64,000 nt of DNA. It comes from Tubiluchus corallicola. Lineage: Eukaryota > Animalia > Priapulida. The notes beneath the pieces are model-generated. The model made no database searches and had not been told where the DNA came from. It saw nothing but the letters and a program-made list of their open reading frames with translations. Numbering within the stretch: position 1 is the stretch's first letter; each line of letters begins with the position of its first letter. Shown here piece by piece: positions 1 to 13,499 of this stretch. The position numbers and the translations under genes were made by a program. The stretch covers positions 434,001 to 498,000 of the forward strand of contig JAQGDQ010000047.1 of the NCBI GenBank assembly GCA_030141605.1, written 5' to 3'.

Positions 1-58
1 GAAGATTATGTTAATTACAACAGAAATAAAAACTTTTCTTAACCAGAAGGCACAACTG

Positions 59-103
59 CTTGACACATATGGTGTACTACTTGACACATATGGTGTACTA
101 CTT
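59..103. repeat. 21-bp tandem duplication (CTTGACACATATGGTGTACTA x2)
   Basis: Two identical units at 59-79 and 80-100 plus CTT; explains the repeated VVHHMCQ in ORF 39..260. Confidence 0.9.
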
Positions 104-1106
104 CCAATGTAAATCGTGCAACGATTTCTATGTTGACTGGACAAGTTGGCATTTTGCATCCAGATGAGTTAAACGTCGAAGAATAACACATACATCTCAT
201 AGATACCAAGATTGGCCAGCATTTTAAACAAACAATTTTAAAATCCGATCCAAAGGACACAAATAAGGTTATTTTGTAATACTGGAAGCCTTACATATAA
301 ATTGAACAGCAAATGAGTTTACCGCTGTCATTTGATGTACACGTGAGCAATGAACAATATCAACAGTGTGTCGTGTTTTGGGGAGTTCAGTGGCAAAATG
401 GCAGCTCCCCAGCACCACCTCTAGAACTGAGAACTGACTGATTCTATTGAGTTTAGTGTGTCAAGCAGTTGCACTTTCTGGCTAAGAGAAGTTTCTGTTA
501 TGATTAACATAATGTTTGTGTAGTGTTACAATAGTTTCATACTAATGAAGATGTAGAGTTTATAAGGTAAAATATTATAATTATCTATATGTATCAAACA
601 ATATTTTGGCTACTATCTACCGATTTGTGCAATTTTTTTACCTCGTAAGTTGTTTCTACAATTTCATAATTTTTTTTGATTTTTAGATGCCGATAAAATG
701 AACAGTAATTGTACAAAACTGGTCGAAAAATAAAATTCAATTTTGAAGAAAATTTATGATTATCAGTTTTTTTATACTAACAATGGCCATTTGTTGTTAT
801 AGACTAAGTTTAAGCAATTACATAGTACCCAATAGTTTATCACATGTGCTTTATTAGTTAGTCTTAGTGAATAGCAGAAATTAGGTAACTATCCCATCCC
901 TTACAGGACTTTTTTAATTCATATAACACGCAGGTTCAACATGCATAAAACATTTTACTATTAACCATGCAACTTCACTTTACTATATAGCCAAATATAT
1001 ATTCTTAACAACATAATTTGTGTTTGTTATTAGTTTTGCTAAGTCTTTTACATATTTTATTTTCTCACTGCAAAAAAAATAATAAAAATCATTTAAAATA
1101 ACTTAC

Positions 1107-2390
1107 AATCATTGAAAAATCTTTCAATGGGCTCCACCATCTGATTCAGAGTATCTAACTCTTCTTGCCTGTACAGCTGTGGATACGTCAGCACATCCTA
1201 AAAAAACAAAAACTTGGGTAAACTAACATGATTGCTTGTTGCATTATGACTAACTGCACTGCGCATAAGGTACAATGGTTGATCAGCCCAAGTTTCACTT
1301 GTGGCAGAATAAGTTAATGAAATAATTAAAATCCAATAAGTTTACCACTTGTTTTTATAAAAAACAAAAAATTGATATTTTATCCAATTTTTGATGTATT
1401 CGATCGTATAAAATGTATTTTAACTTGAGTAAGGGATAAATTACTACAAGCAGTGTTAAGTATTTTTGTTTCAAGATGTGTGTTCATGCTGAAATAACTA
1501 AGTAATTTTTCGCAATAACAATTATTAATGTTAATACGTAGTCATCTTCATTATCATCGGCATTATTATTAATAACTAAGTGCACCACAGTCAGATTTTA
1601 TTTTCCCCAGCCGTCTTGTTAATAATGTTTTATTTTTTGTATCTTTGAACTCTGCATACCTAATTTTTAATGTTATGCTCCTAGACAATTTTTTTGAGCC
1701 TTGCGTGTTGTCTGGCACAGCAGGTTGTTTACATAAATTTTAATTAAGGGGTAGATTGAATGTATACGTTCTAACGTATGAACTAACGTTTCGACTGAAT
1801 AAAGTCATGTTCAGCATGTTCAGCAATATCTCAATTATTAAATAAATAATAATGTGTATTTTCACAGAATTCTGTACACACACACAGTACTGGGCAGAGA
1901 AACATTGACAGTCCGCAAGCAAATGTGAGAGGAGCGCAGATCGTCATATTGCACTAAGCAATCATATCGAATAGGTTATTGCTCGGCGAAAATCAACCGA
2001 GACCTGGATTTCAGTAGAGTGCCGTAGACCCTACTAAGTACTATGTTTGCATTGACAAAAGTTGTAACCATCCCCGCCCCTTTTCTACTAAAACCTTACA
2101 TTGTCAAATTTTCCTAGGAATAAATTTTTCACAAAAGGTGGCTTCGTTACTAGTTTTGCCGACTTTTCTACTGCACTGGCTTTGGTGCTTTTAGTATCAC
2201 TTTCTTCAACTTTTAAGGCTTTCTGTACTGTACTGGCACATCTATACTGTCCTTTTAAAAAACAAACACGTTCCTTTTTAAAAAAGGATTTTCTCGAAAT
2301 ACAAAATTCTTTGTTGCAGCTTTCACGAATTGTACAACGCGGAAAATCGAACAGAATCCTTTGACTTTTAATAAACACGTTAACTGCCAT
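1107..2390 (-). CDS. ACAD9: Acyl-CoA dehydrogenase family member 9-like (ACAD9/VLCAD group), coding exons 1-2 only; gene continues beyond the left edge
   Basis: Exon 1 2390-2100 (ATG GCA GTT; basic presequence-like N-terminus; ends PPFVKNLFLGKFDN, donor GTAAGG). Exon 2 1197-1107 (acceptor TTTTTTAG; DVLTYPQLYRQEELDTLNQMVEPIERFFND; donor GTAAGT). The joined peptide matches the ACAD9 N-terminal pattern FAKELFLGK..EVFPFPE...EL.E.NQ...PVEKFF. ACAD9 versus ACADVL cannot be fully settled from two exons. Confidence 0.85.
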
Positions 2391-3983
2391 GCCGTCTTTC
2401 CTACCTACACCAGAATCAGCCAATCGATTAGGCAGTTTAAAGATTGAATGTGTTTTATTCACGACCGATTTATGTCAAGGACGAGTCGAGACGCAAGCCA
2501 TTTTAGGCAACAGGCGGATTCACTTTTTTCATTACCGACTTCTGCTGTCAGTCCATTGCATCTCAGCAAACAGCTATTACCAACTTTCATTTTCTATTCA
2601 TCATTGTTTGTATTTTATATGTTGGTTTAATGACAGTTCCAGTCTGAATGCGAATACACAACTTTCTGTCTTTATTTGAAATATTTTACATTAAGTAATT
2701 ATCCTGTAAAATGTCATCTAAACCATTTCTTACATACCCATAATGAACACAATATAACTTGTATTTTAAAAGTTCTACCAAAATGTGTGCTACTGCCCAC
2801 AGTTGGCAAATATCTATAGTACGTGTTTCTACCAATCTGAATCCTGTACTCTGCTCGTACCTTTATGTGCATTGTGGAGTTTTTATTTCATTTTATTTTG
2901 TCGGAAAATAGCCTTTGGCTAATATTATCTTTGAAATATTCGACAATAAATAAAATTTTTACTACTACTACTACTATTCTAAACGAATATTGGCACATGC
3001 AGATAACGATATACTTGGAATTTGTACCATTGCAGTTGTGTTCAGCTCTTCATTGGCTCCTCTTCATCTTTACCAGGATATGACCACAACATAAATGTGT
3101 AAGAATCTCTTCTAGATATCACTTCTGAGCACTAGCACCTCTGCTGTTTCTACCATGAGGGTGCCATGTTTGTTTGCTTCACCTCTTTTCATAAGCTCTG
3201 ATACCATCGGCAGTTAGCAAGTTGTTTTTCTCAGCGTGCATACTAACCATGGGCCCCCAAACTTCTAATATGTCGTCAAAGACTTTTAGAAGTACATTTT
3301 CTCAAGACTTCAAGAACATTAAGTGTTATCTAACTTCGAACTGGTGATGAGCCGGTTGACAAAACATTCAAGTGTTGTACAGCAATAATGAATTGCAAAT
3401 CCATGGAAGTTTATACTAGTGTTTGTTCACTCATGTTTCAATTATTTTAAATTGCAAAAGCTGATTTTTGTTAAATTCTTATGGATCACATCTATAATTT
3501 CGCTAATAGTATACACACATGTATTGTAATAGATCATAAACCTGACCAGTCTCAATACTCTTCACATTAGGTAAACTGTCATTTCCTAATATTATTATTC
3601 AATTTCCCGAACTTTGCAAAAAAGAACTAACAAGTAATAATAAAAGTAAATTGCCACAACAAACGCTAATTAAAAAGTAGTCATTGTTTTGAAGTGCATG
3701 CATGTAGATGAAAATGAATAATATGATCCTGTTAAACAACATGTACATAAGGATGTGAAACGAAACAAATAATTATGGTGATACGATGCTACAGTGCGTT
3801 CGGTGCTGTATACTTAAATGGCTGCTAGTTATGCAAAACAAGTTTCCTTGTCACACTGATTCATAAAAAATAAGCTGTGACAGATAAATACACCACTACG
3901 ATAAAAATACTTATCTGTGCGAGCTGCGCATGATCGGAAAAGTGACACTAAAAATATGGTACAATGTATATGACATCCACGCG

Positions 3984-4027
3984 TCAGTATCAAAGAGTAT
4001 AAAGGGGTCTCTATACTTTGTCAGTAT
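3984..4027. mobile_element. 30-bp imperfect palindrome between 7-bp direct repeats; P-element-like footprint
   Basis: TCAGTAT (3984-3990) + CAAAGAGTATAAAGGGGTCTCTATACTTTG (3991-4020) + TCAGTAT (4021-4027). Ends CAAAG...CTTTG fit the CANRG terminus of the P superfamily. Confidence 0.6.
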
Positions 4028-4155
4028 GATTCAGACTGAAGATGGCTATTTATATTCCCATCGAAACTACAAGAAATGATTCGGCGTCTGGCAAGAATTT
4101 TAAATAATTCCTTTTATTCACTTCTTTGCGTTTTACTGTAAATCCAAATAGGACT

Positions 4156-4305
4156 GAAGTTTACAATTCTCCACACACAAGATTATTACTTCGTGTAGAT
4201 TAGGATTAGAGGTAGGGTTGTGCTAGGGATAAGGTTGGGTTAGGATTAGGGCTAGGGCTAGGGTTAAGATAGGGTATTTAAATTGTGTAGGGAATTGTAA
4301 ACTCC
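4156..4305. mobile_element. MITE-like element with inverted ends and internal degenerate (TTAGGG)n
   Basis: GAAGTTTACAATTCTCCACACACAA (4156-4180) is an imperfect inverted repeat of TTGTGTAGGGAATTGTAAACTCC (4283-4305); 4199-4275 is a run of TTAGGA/CTAGGG/TTAGGG/ATAGGG hexamers. Confidence 0.65.
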
Positions 4306-5586
4306 TTCCACATGTAGATCAGAAAAGTGAAGCAATTTTATAAAGGTAAGCGATAAGTAATGACACGTGCCAAATTCGGTACGATATTCCTAGAATAATA
4401 TTGATATGATAATGATAAAAACAATTTTTTCTATTCGATACGATAATCATTAATTATTGATATGTATCGTTAACATCCCTATATGTACAGGTACACGTAT
4501 ATAAAATGATGATAAAAACCCTCCTCCTGGTTTGCCCAAACCAGTTTTGATACATTTAACTCAGTTTTAAGTCACCCAAGCGATTCAGCCACAGCAATGC
4601 ACAATAATTGTAAAGGCTACGAAGAAGCATTCAGATTACATTATTTGGACATAATCTTATTGCATACGCACTGATCACTAAGCCATGCAGGACTCATGTG
4701 ACACTAGTAAATGCCAAAACGAACTACAACCCACAAAATTACAACGCTCGTAACTATTAATTACTGTGGTGCGATATCGTATTTGGTGATCACTAAAACA
4801 ATTTACAATTTATTTATTTGGAAATACAAAATCTAAAATAAAATAATATAGAAACAGTTAATTAATATTAATGATTTGATATGACAGCATGTAGATAATT
4901 AATGGCGAGACTCAGAAGTAAAAACTTGTTAGGTGCTGGCGCCGTTGTAAGCATGTCCAAATAATAATTGAAAAAAAGCTTTTATAGGCAGTTTTAAAGG
5001 AAAAAAGTTTGTGCAAAACAAGGACAGAAGTGACAGATAAAAGAATGTTCGAAAGGATAGGAAGACTGGAGTGTGAAGGTTCAGTTATTGTGAAGAAACA
5101 ACACTCCAGTTCTTCTTCAATAATTTATTATGTAATTAAATAAAATAAAATATTTAGTTCACGTCTGCACGATTTCAGAGCACTTAAAAATTAAAAAGCA
5201 CAGCAAATGGTGAAAACTTTTGCTTGTGTACATTACAAAATTTGCAAACTTTACAAAAGTTTAAAAGCATTTTATGCAACTTTGGTGGAGTATAGGTCCC
5301 TTATTGAATAAAGCTCGATATTGGCTATAGGTGATCCATGTGAAGGTTCCACTCAAGCCTGTAAGCCAGAAAAATTACATCCCTTAATAAATAAAAGTAG
5401 CTTTGAGATATTGCACACTATAAGCCAACTACCCCAAACAGACTTAACTTGCAAGTGAGCCTAATTTCGCTTAAAATGTTATCAAGAAAAATTTTTATGT
5501 AAAATTAATTTGTTAATTCTCCTTAATACTTGGTGATAATGTCTGAATGTTGGCTACACAAATATCACAAAAAAGTATCCACATTT

Positions 5587-8500
5587 TCATAAGTGAGCAA
5601 CGATGTGGGTGAACAGCTTTTGTCGTTTAACCTTTATAATTACATAACGACAATTCTCAAATCCATCTTCTAGCATTTCCGCAGAACTGGTGAGCTCAGC
5701 TGCCCTGTAATAAAGAAAAATAAATTCTTGTAAAACTCAAAATTCACAGTCCTATAAGACAATGAGCACGGAAGTGAATTATAAACTGCATAAATAAAAC
5801 ATATAAAACTATAAAAATATTTTATCATATTGAATATTTATACATTATACCTACACATACCATCTTTTATAATTACTAGGTACTTGTTTCTTATGCTTGA
5901 TCATTGTGTACCTGGAGATATGCATTGGCCATCTTGTAATATTTATGCCAAAAGAGCCCAGTCTGAAAAAACATGTGTAAGTGGCAATTATAAATTATTT
6001 ATGCACAAACAATATTATGACACTGAAATCAACTTGTGGTGCTCGGTCATTGCTACACACAGAACAACCACAAAACACAATATTCAGAAACCCAATGAAT
6101 ATTGCTTTGTTATCTCACCAAAAGTGCTTACTCATGCTTCTGCCTTGCAAAAATACTGGCTCAACAAGTCTGAAGTAATGTACAGCATTTAAAGTGATAA
6201 AATGTATTTTTGCCATCTAATTAGTACACATTCCCTGAAGAAAGTTTAAAAATAAATATAGTATAATCCGCTTACAATGAGTTTCAGGGGACTGTGAAAA
6301 TTTGCTTGCTATAACCGAGTCTCGTTGCAGCCGAAGTCAATTGTTTGAGTGTATGTACAATATCGAAATGAAGCCTACAATATAATTTATGATTGCAAAC
6401 ATTTCAGCGTGGGCCCACATTAACCTACATTTAAAACAGTGTTTTTATTATAAATTGGGCTTTTATCTATGAGCACACCTTTATGGCTGTTACCTTTCAT
6501 ACATATTGTCATCTTCACCTGTCTGCAAAAAAATTAATTTTGCTTCAAAACACGCTATGTATTAAAGAAGTGCAGTACTCAAATACATACCTGATCTACA
6601 ACGTAAATGCAATAGTCTAATAATTGTTTCTTTAAAAATGGATGGCGGTGACTGACTAATATCTTCAATTGCACATAAAAATGTTTAACAATATATCAAA
6701 ATATACGTATATAAGTACTCTAAAAACATACAGGCATTTATCTATGAAGCGCACCTTTACCTTTCATACATGTTGTCATCTTCACCGCCCCAGCCGAAGA
6801 ACTTATTTGAGAAACCATTAACTTTACGAAATTGTTCTACAGGTACAGCTATTGCTCCCCCAAATAACGTTGTGTAAGGTAAACTGTAAGCAGAAGGCAA
6901 TTCACAATTCAGAAACATCTTGTCTGGTTACCACTAAGAAAGATAACAGAGTGAGGAAAAACATGTTAAAAACAAATGCTGCTGCATATGGAAGAGAGAT
7001 AGTTTAACTTAAACAGTCAAGTGTAAAGTGTAAGTGTAATGTGTCAAGTGTAAAAACTTGACAAAAACAACTCATGTAATTGTTTTCAGTGGTTTATCAT
7101 TCTGTTGATCTAATAATTACAGCACTGTATGGTTTCCAAAAAGTTTCCATTTAGAGCTAGTCAAATGATTATAAAGTAGTATTCCATTTCCATGCAAACA
7201 TAAAAACTAAACAATATGTTAACATACTTGTATCGGAATTGATCCAGTGCACAGGACATGTGTCGCGGAGCATGTGAACAAGCATATATATTTTTATCAT
7301 TGAGAGGTAGTAAATCAACATCGTGGAATATCAAACAAGAATAATTGTCCAACTTTTGTGCTTCTAAATATCCAACATTAAATAGCTTAGCCCTGTTAAA
7401 TGGCTTGTTATCACTCTGGAAAAAATACTTCATTCTGAAAAAGTCTTAAATAGAAATCTTGATTTGTATTCACTTTTTAAAAAAGTAAATTTTGCTTCAA
7501 AAATGCTATGTGCAAAAGAAGTACTGTATTCAAATACACACCTGATCAACAACGTAAATACAATAGTCTAGTAATTGTTTCTTTAAAAATGGATGGAGGT
7601 GACTGACTAATACCTTCAATTGCTCATTCCTGTTCCTGTAAAACAGGCAGAAAAAAGAATGATTATAGTACACCAGTTAAAATAGAAGGCAATTTACGTT
7701 ATCATTAGTGGAAACATGCAGTCAAAATAGCCAGCATACAAAAACCTTCAGCGGATGATGTTTTGGTGTATGAAAAGTCAGAAAATATTCGTTATTTATA
7801 CCATCAAAATTTTGCTAAGCTACCACAAACAGTAAAGCACTATAATGATCAATTACTGTGACAATAATAAAATGCTAGTTATGGCACATTTGACAATTAC
7901 GAGGTGTTAAGTGAGTAGGTATGTCAGTATGTTTTGGCTATATCCTTCAAGAAACAGATGTTTATTTTATACAATGCACAAGCAAAACTGAATGAAATAA
8001 GCCAACAAAGGATGCCGTATAAAAAAGCACTAAATCAAAGTCATGAATCTAATTCTTAAATGAGATTTAGTCCTATTATTACACTTTTACAAGTGTCGCA
8101 AAAGAGATAATCTCAAAAAATGGAAGTGGCAATCAGCACTACTCCTGCACACTCCTGTATACAGAATATCCTGCATACTCTCAAATTATGGCTGCTTATT
8201 ACAGGCTAAGTCAGCACTGATAATTGGAATGCCACGTGTTCTAACAAATGTTAAAATACATTTTCGGGCATATGCAGAGAATAAATGAGTGCGCAAGGAG
8301 AAAAAAGAAAATGAGACGAATTCTGTCTTTTGTTTACAAGGCTCTACACATAGCTTCTCCCTGAGTTTCCGCCCAAACTGCTTTTCCATGGAGTTTAAAC
8401 TCATTTATCAAGCTGTTTATATTCTTATAATTTTTGCATTATAGTAAAATTGTTTGACAGTTGTAAGTTTATTTAACATTTTAATAACAGTAAATTAATT

Positions 8501-11488
8501 CAGCTTAATTTTGTATGCGCCTATGACAATGTGGCAATGGAAAACCAACAATTATGTATATGACTGCAGCAAATAATTCCACACAGTTTCTTATTTCCCA
8601 ATTGATCTCAATGCAAATAATCCTTAGTTCTCCCACATAGTATCACAGTAAAATTAAACTAACAGCACAACCTTATTCTCAGCCAAACCAATGTGGGAAG
8701 ACCATCTGGCTGGATTTTTTTGTCTAAATATTGTAGAACTGCCATATGAAATGAAAAAAAAAATTAGGGCTACAAAACAACCACACCACATATTAATTTA
8801 AAGTTATGAATTCTGTCATCTAGTTGTTCTGGTCCGTCTCCCATTTTTCACTTTTAAGGTGGTGGTACTAGTACGAGATCTTGTAAATATTTTACAATTA
8901 TATGACAGTATAACACTGTTATTTTATAATAGTGCACATATTAGGAACTAAATGTAGTGACTGCAGCTAATGTCCTAATAAGCTGCAACAACTCTCTTCC
9001 TAACATTAGTTTACAGCATTTCATCACAGCTTTTGTTAATTTCTTTGTCTAAATTACTAATTTCTTTGCCTGACATGCTGTAATTTACTGAAACTTACTC
9101 ATTTTTTCTTCATACAATCAAACCCCCGTTATAACGCTCCGCCCTCAAGTTATAATGTCAAACTCGGTATAACACTAAGTTTGTTGCAGTCCTAAAATAG
9201 GCGGTATAAAGAAGTATGACTACATAGACATGCCAAATGGACACATGCCTCTGTCAGAAAATAAAATTAATATACAAGGCACTAGTGCATGGAAAAACCG
9301 ATACAACGTTAATAATCAAATGGATAATTGAAACTACACTTGATGCCATTTACTTTTAATAAGAAATTAATAATTTGAACCTGAAAGGTATAATAATGGC
9401 AACTTTTTGCCAAGCGCTACATGTTGTAGGTTTCCAGCAGCCTCCATTATTAACAAATGGTAGCCTTTTCTCTATGGTGTTCCAACTGTCGTCAACAACA
9501 TTGACATTTGCTTGAACAGCACCACCTAGTGAAAAAGTTAAAGAACAATAAGAAATAAACCCTCAAATTTTGCAATTTTGCACAATTGAATGAAAATACT
9601 AACACTATAATTAAAATGCTACATCTACATGTCACCATAAAAAGCTGTACAGAAAGTTAAACTATTTTTCTTTCATAAAAGCAACTTCAACCAAACACAG
9701 CGGACTGAAATGATACTTATTAACTACCAATTAGGTACATGTATTTTGTAGCTCGAAACTCTGTGGCACTAAATTCAATTTACCAGTGAATTTAGAACTC
9801 TGACCTGCCATTTTGTAGAATGACATCAAACTGGAAACAAACATGCATTTTTAGCCTAATGAGAAATCATCACATCAATGTATTATTAAAAATTATTTTA
9901 TTACAATAAGCAAAAATGGTCTTACACTTAACTGAAGCTTAAAACTTTTTTTCTTAATTTTGTCCTGCAAAATCAGGTTGCACCTTGTATGTTAGTTCAT
10001 TTTATACGGTAAAAAATATGGCATATTGGTAACCTACTACAAATTTTATACATATTTACAAAAATGTACAAGAAAAGCCTTCATTATATTGTCTCATAAT
10101 TTACACAAAAGGTATTTTTAACTGTATCATATAGCTGTACAGGATTGACCGTTCACAAATTCAACTTTTACTTTAAACAGCTGTTATCCAATATTCAAAC
10201 TTTGTATAATATAATATATAATTATAGCAGGCTATTATGTGGAACACATAGATTATAATAACTACATGTACGACTCAGCATGTAGAATCATGTAGGCCCT
10301 ATGAGATACATTAATAAACGGAATCGCTACGTATAGTTGAGTGACACCTATACTAATAGTGGCCTACTGCCACAGTTAAAAGAGCAAAAGTAATTATAAT
10401 TAAAAGAACTAGACAGTTAATTAAATTTATCTTCAGATTCTAATATAAACATGTGACTTTCATAACAAGCGAGTGACACTATCAGGAAGCATATCAGAAC
10501 CACAAAGTCATAAACATAATTACTGGTTCGTACTCAGATATAAAAAGTTAAAGGATGATAAATCAAAACAAATGAATGTTAGCAAACAAAATCTGTCTGA
10601 AACCATGGACAGACTTTGAAAACCAAGGCTTGTAAACATTCCAAAAATATATTTAATTGCTGCTCAGACTACAGTAGCAAACCATGTTGTAAATTTACAC
10701 CATAACAAGGATTTGGCAAACACAATAAAATATACAGAAATTACCATAAAAATTTTTAAAAATCTTTTGCAACCAACTACAATCCAAGGCAACGATTGCA
10801 TTTCAGTACCTGTGCTACAGGTGTCTAATTGGTAGTATCATTTCGATTTATTATAGTAATCAGTCTGTCATTATGTTTTGTTGTGTGATGTAATTGTTTG
10901 TTTCGCATTAAATATTTTACTGTTTTTAAATTTTGTATTCTGAAATTCTACGGGAATAATTAAATTTAATTATGTAACGTGACGAAGGGCGCACTGCTCT
11001 CCTGAAATATTATTATTAATAAACCTTATCGTGATTAATTATCTCTTTATTTTTAGATTGGTTTCAAGTTTTAAGTTTACGAGTGAAATTGCGATGCAGT
11101 CAGTTAAAACATAGTACCTGAAATTTTATATATTAAGACTGTACTAATAATACATCGAAATATTGATATTATATGAACCATTGAAGTTTATAAAAAAAAC
11201 AAAGCAAAATATAATTTACAATCATTACTTACTTAAATAGGAAGGTTTCTTTGGACAAAGCTTTTTTGGTATTAAATTTCTTAGTATAAACAAATTATTC
11301 CAAATATCTTCTTCCCTGACTGTTACAAAATCCTTTGGTTTAGCAGAATGTTGAGGTAGTATTCCCTTTTTCTGCAGCATCACACGATTTTGTGCACAAT
11401 AGATAACAATCAAACACAGTATCAACTTCCAGGCATAATGTGTAAACAAAGCCGCCCGTATTGTTCTGCAACAACCAATCCTTTGCAT
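5587..11488 (-). CDS. Glycosyltransferase family 7 (B4GALT-like), probable beta-1,4-N-acetylgalactosaminyltransferase (bre-4/beta4GalNAcT type), 341 aa
   Basis: Seven exons with GT-AG ends and consistent phase: 11488-11233, 9525-9381, 7635-7542, 7415-7228, 6883-6761, 5962-5861, 5704-5587 (TGA); 1026 nt. Motifs: N-terminal signal anchor, [66 protein letters not shown]. An acceptor at 11563 implies an upstream non-coding exon. Confidence 0.95.
6461..6672 (-). pseudogene. Intronic direct duplication of parts of exon 3 (with its downstream intron) and exon 5 of the GT7 gene
   Basis: 6531-6672 copies about 7482-7622 ([27 protein letters not shown] plus donor GTATGT); 6461-6519 copies the end of exon 5 (GEDDNMYER) and its donor region near 6737-6786. 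Confidence 0.9.
9112..9222. mobile_element. Degenerate pogo/Tigger-like MITE
   Basis: Starts TACAATCAAACCCCCGTTATAACG and ends GCGGTATAAAGAAGTATGACTA, resembling CAGT..AACCCCGTTATAACG inverted termini; a similar decayed end lies near 6260-6340. Confidence 0.4.
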
Positions 11489-12584
11489 TCTTTAATATAG
11501 ATATTACAAACATTCAGCATTGCTTCTTATTTTTGAGAGCTGATACTCCTGTGATCACAATCCTGCAACCAGAAAAACTGTCGTCTTTATTAATGATCCC
11601 AATGTATGAAGAAATCAGATCATAATTCATTTGGTTTTACAATTTTACCTATTTGAAAAAACTGTCTTTTTTGACTATTTAAGTCGAAAATATTTTTGGA
11701 AACTTTGTTACAGACTGTGCTAAAAATAATAATTTAAAGAGGTTAACTTATTTTAAAAAGATGATGATATGGAGACAATAACACGCTGGCTGACTGCATG
11801 CTCATTTAGTCAGCAAAAAATCACTCATCCCTTATTTTCTCAAACATACAGATCTCCAATTTCAATCCACTGTCTAGCAGTGACCAATCAGCATTCCATT
11901 AGTCTTTACATCAGTAAGCTGCTACTTGTACTGTGACAATTAAACATATTAATTTATTATCGTTACTATTTTATGCAGGTAAGAGAATTTCTGCAAGATA
12001 AATATAAAAATAATTAACCGCTTAATAATTGCAAAATTTTGCAAAGGTGAATTTACGATTGTGCTTGGGTAGACCAACTAGTAATATAAAGGTAGGGTCT
12101 CCAAAAAGGTAAAGTGATAAGTTTTATCAGTCTATAAATCAAAAGCTCATTTTGGTAAAGGCTACTGCTGGATCAAGAAGCACATTGGCCAAGTTATGCA
12201 AACAAAATGCACCCTTTTAGGAGTGGGATTCAGAAGCAAATTCAGAGGAAGGGTCTGGACCCCTCACTTTTGACATGGAAAAACTAAGTATAACAGCCTC
12301 CCATTTGCTATGTAAAGATAGCAAATTTAACTTAATGCTGCAACTCTGAATTATAGCTTTGCAAAATCAGGAAGCCTGCATACTTGATCGGCCCACTGGC
12401 ATTGTCTAGTAACATTACTCTATACGTATACAATTTTCCCTAGAGATGTCTTTGAAAAGCATCAATTTCGTTCTGCTATTTAACTTATATTATTCATAAA
12501 AACAAGCTCAGTATAGCACAGCATTGCACAAAAACACAGGCTCAACTACAATTAAAAAAGATCCAGACTATAATCCCCTGTAGT

Positions 12585-13430
12585 CTCTTTGCGGATGACA
12601 GTAAACTTTACAGAATTCTGCAATCAGAACAAGATCACAGTATTCAACAAAAAGACATTTTCTATCTCTACAACTGGTGCAAATGGTTTCAAATGAGATT
12701 CAACTCATCAAATTGTCATGTACTACATATAAATAGCAACAAGAACCAGGAATACAGATACTACACCAGATGCAACTACCACGTGAACGTGGATCAGTAC
12801 AAGTCGAAAAAGATCATGGAGTATATGGGAATAGCAACCTTTCTTTTGACAAATATATTTTTGAAAAAGTAAAATCTGCAAATAGACAATTAGGGTCCTC
12901 ACCAAAACTTTTAGATTCATGGATAGTAATATGTTTAGAAGGCTATATATACCTTTAGTCAGATCTCATCTGGAGTATGTATCAGTAGTATGGAGTCCAC
13001 ATCTTGTATGTCATCGCTTAGCTATTGAGGCAATGCAGTGAAGGGTCACCAAATCAGTGCCAGGATTACAAGACATGGAATATGCAGGAAGACTACGACT
13101 ACTCAATATTCGAACCTTAGAATTCAGAAGAAAAACAACTGATCTACTGCAGACATATCATTTTCTACATAGCATAGACAAATCCAGTAACGAAGATCTA
13201 CTAATACCTAATGAGAAGATAGGAACTACCAGGAATCTGAGAGGTCACAACAGGAAACTGTTAAAACAACGAGCTAATACCACTAGACACTCAAAATTGT
13301 ATAAGCACAGAGTCGTTAATTATTGGAACAATCTCTCACCAGATCTAGTACAGGCTCCAACAATAAATGCCTCAATAAACTAAAGAGTGGTTTGGCTAAA
13401 TTTTACAGTGACAGCCAATACCAGTACACT
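12585..13430 (+). mobile_element. 5'-truncated CR1-group LINE, reverse transcriptase and C-terminal part of ORF2, decayed
   Basis: LFADDSKLYR...QKDIFYLYNWCKWFQMRFNSSNCHVLH, then LVRSHLEYVSVVWSPHL, Y..RL..LN..TLEFRR...DL and LRGH..KL....RVVNYWNNL; stops and frameshifts present. Confidence 0.9.
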
Positions 13431-13499
13431 TAAATTGGATCTGCATGAGCTTTGCACTGCTCACCACCCAGGTGATTTTACCATGTGAGTTGGTTTCAT

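Noticed and set aside
2391-2462. N-terminal extension of ORF 2088..2462
   Set aside because: It uses a non-ATG start; the first ATG is at 2390 and opens a presequence-like segment.
3000-3400. Coding-like composition between the ACAD9 and GT7 genes
   Set aside because: The frames I translated are interrupted by stops and show no recognisable domain.
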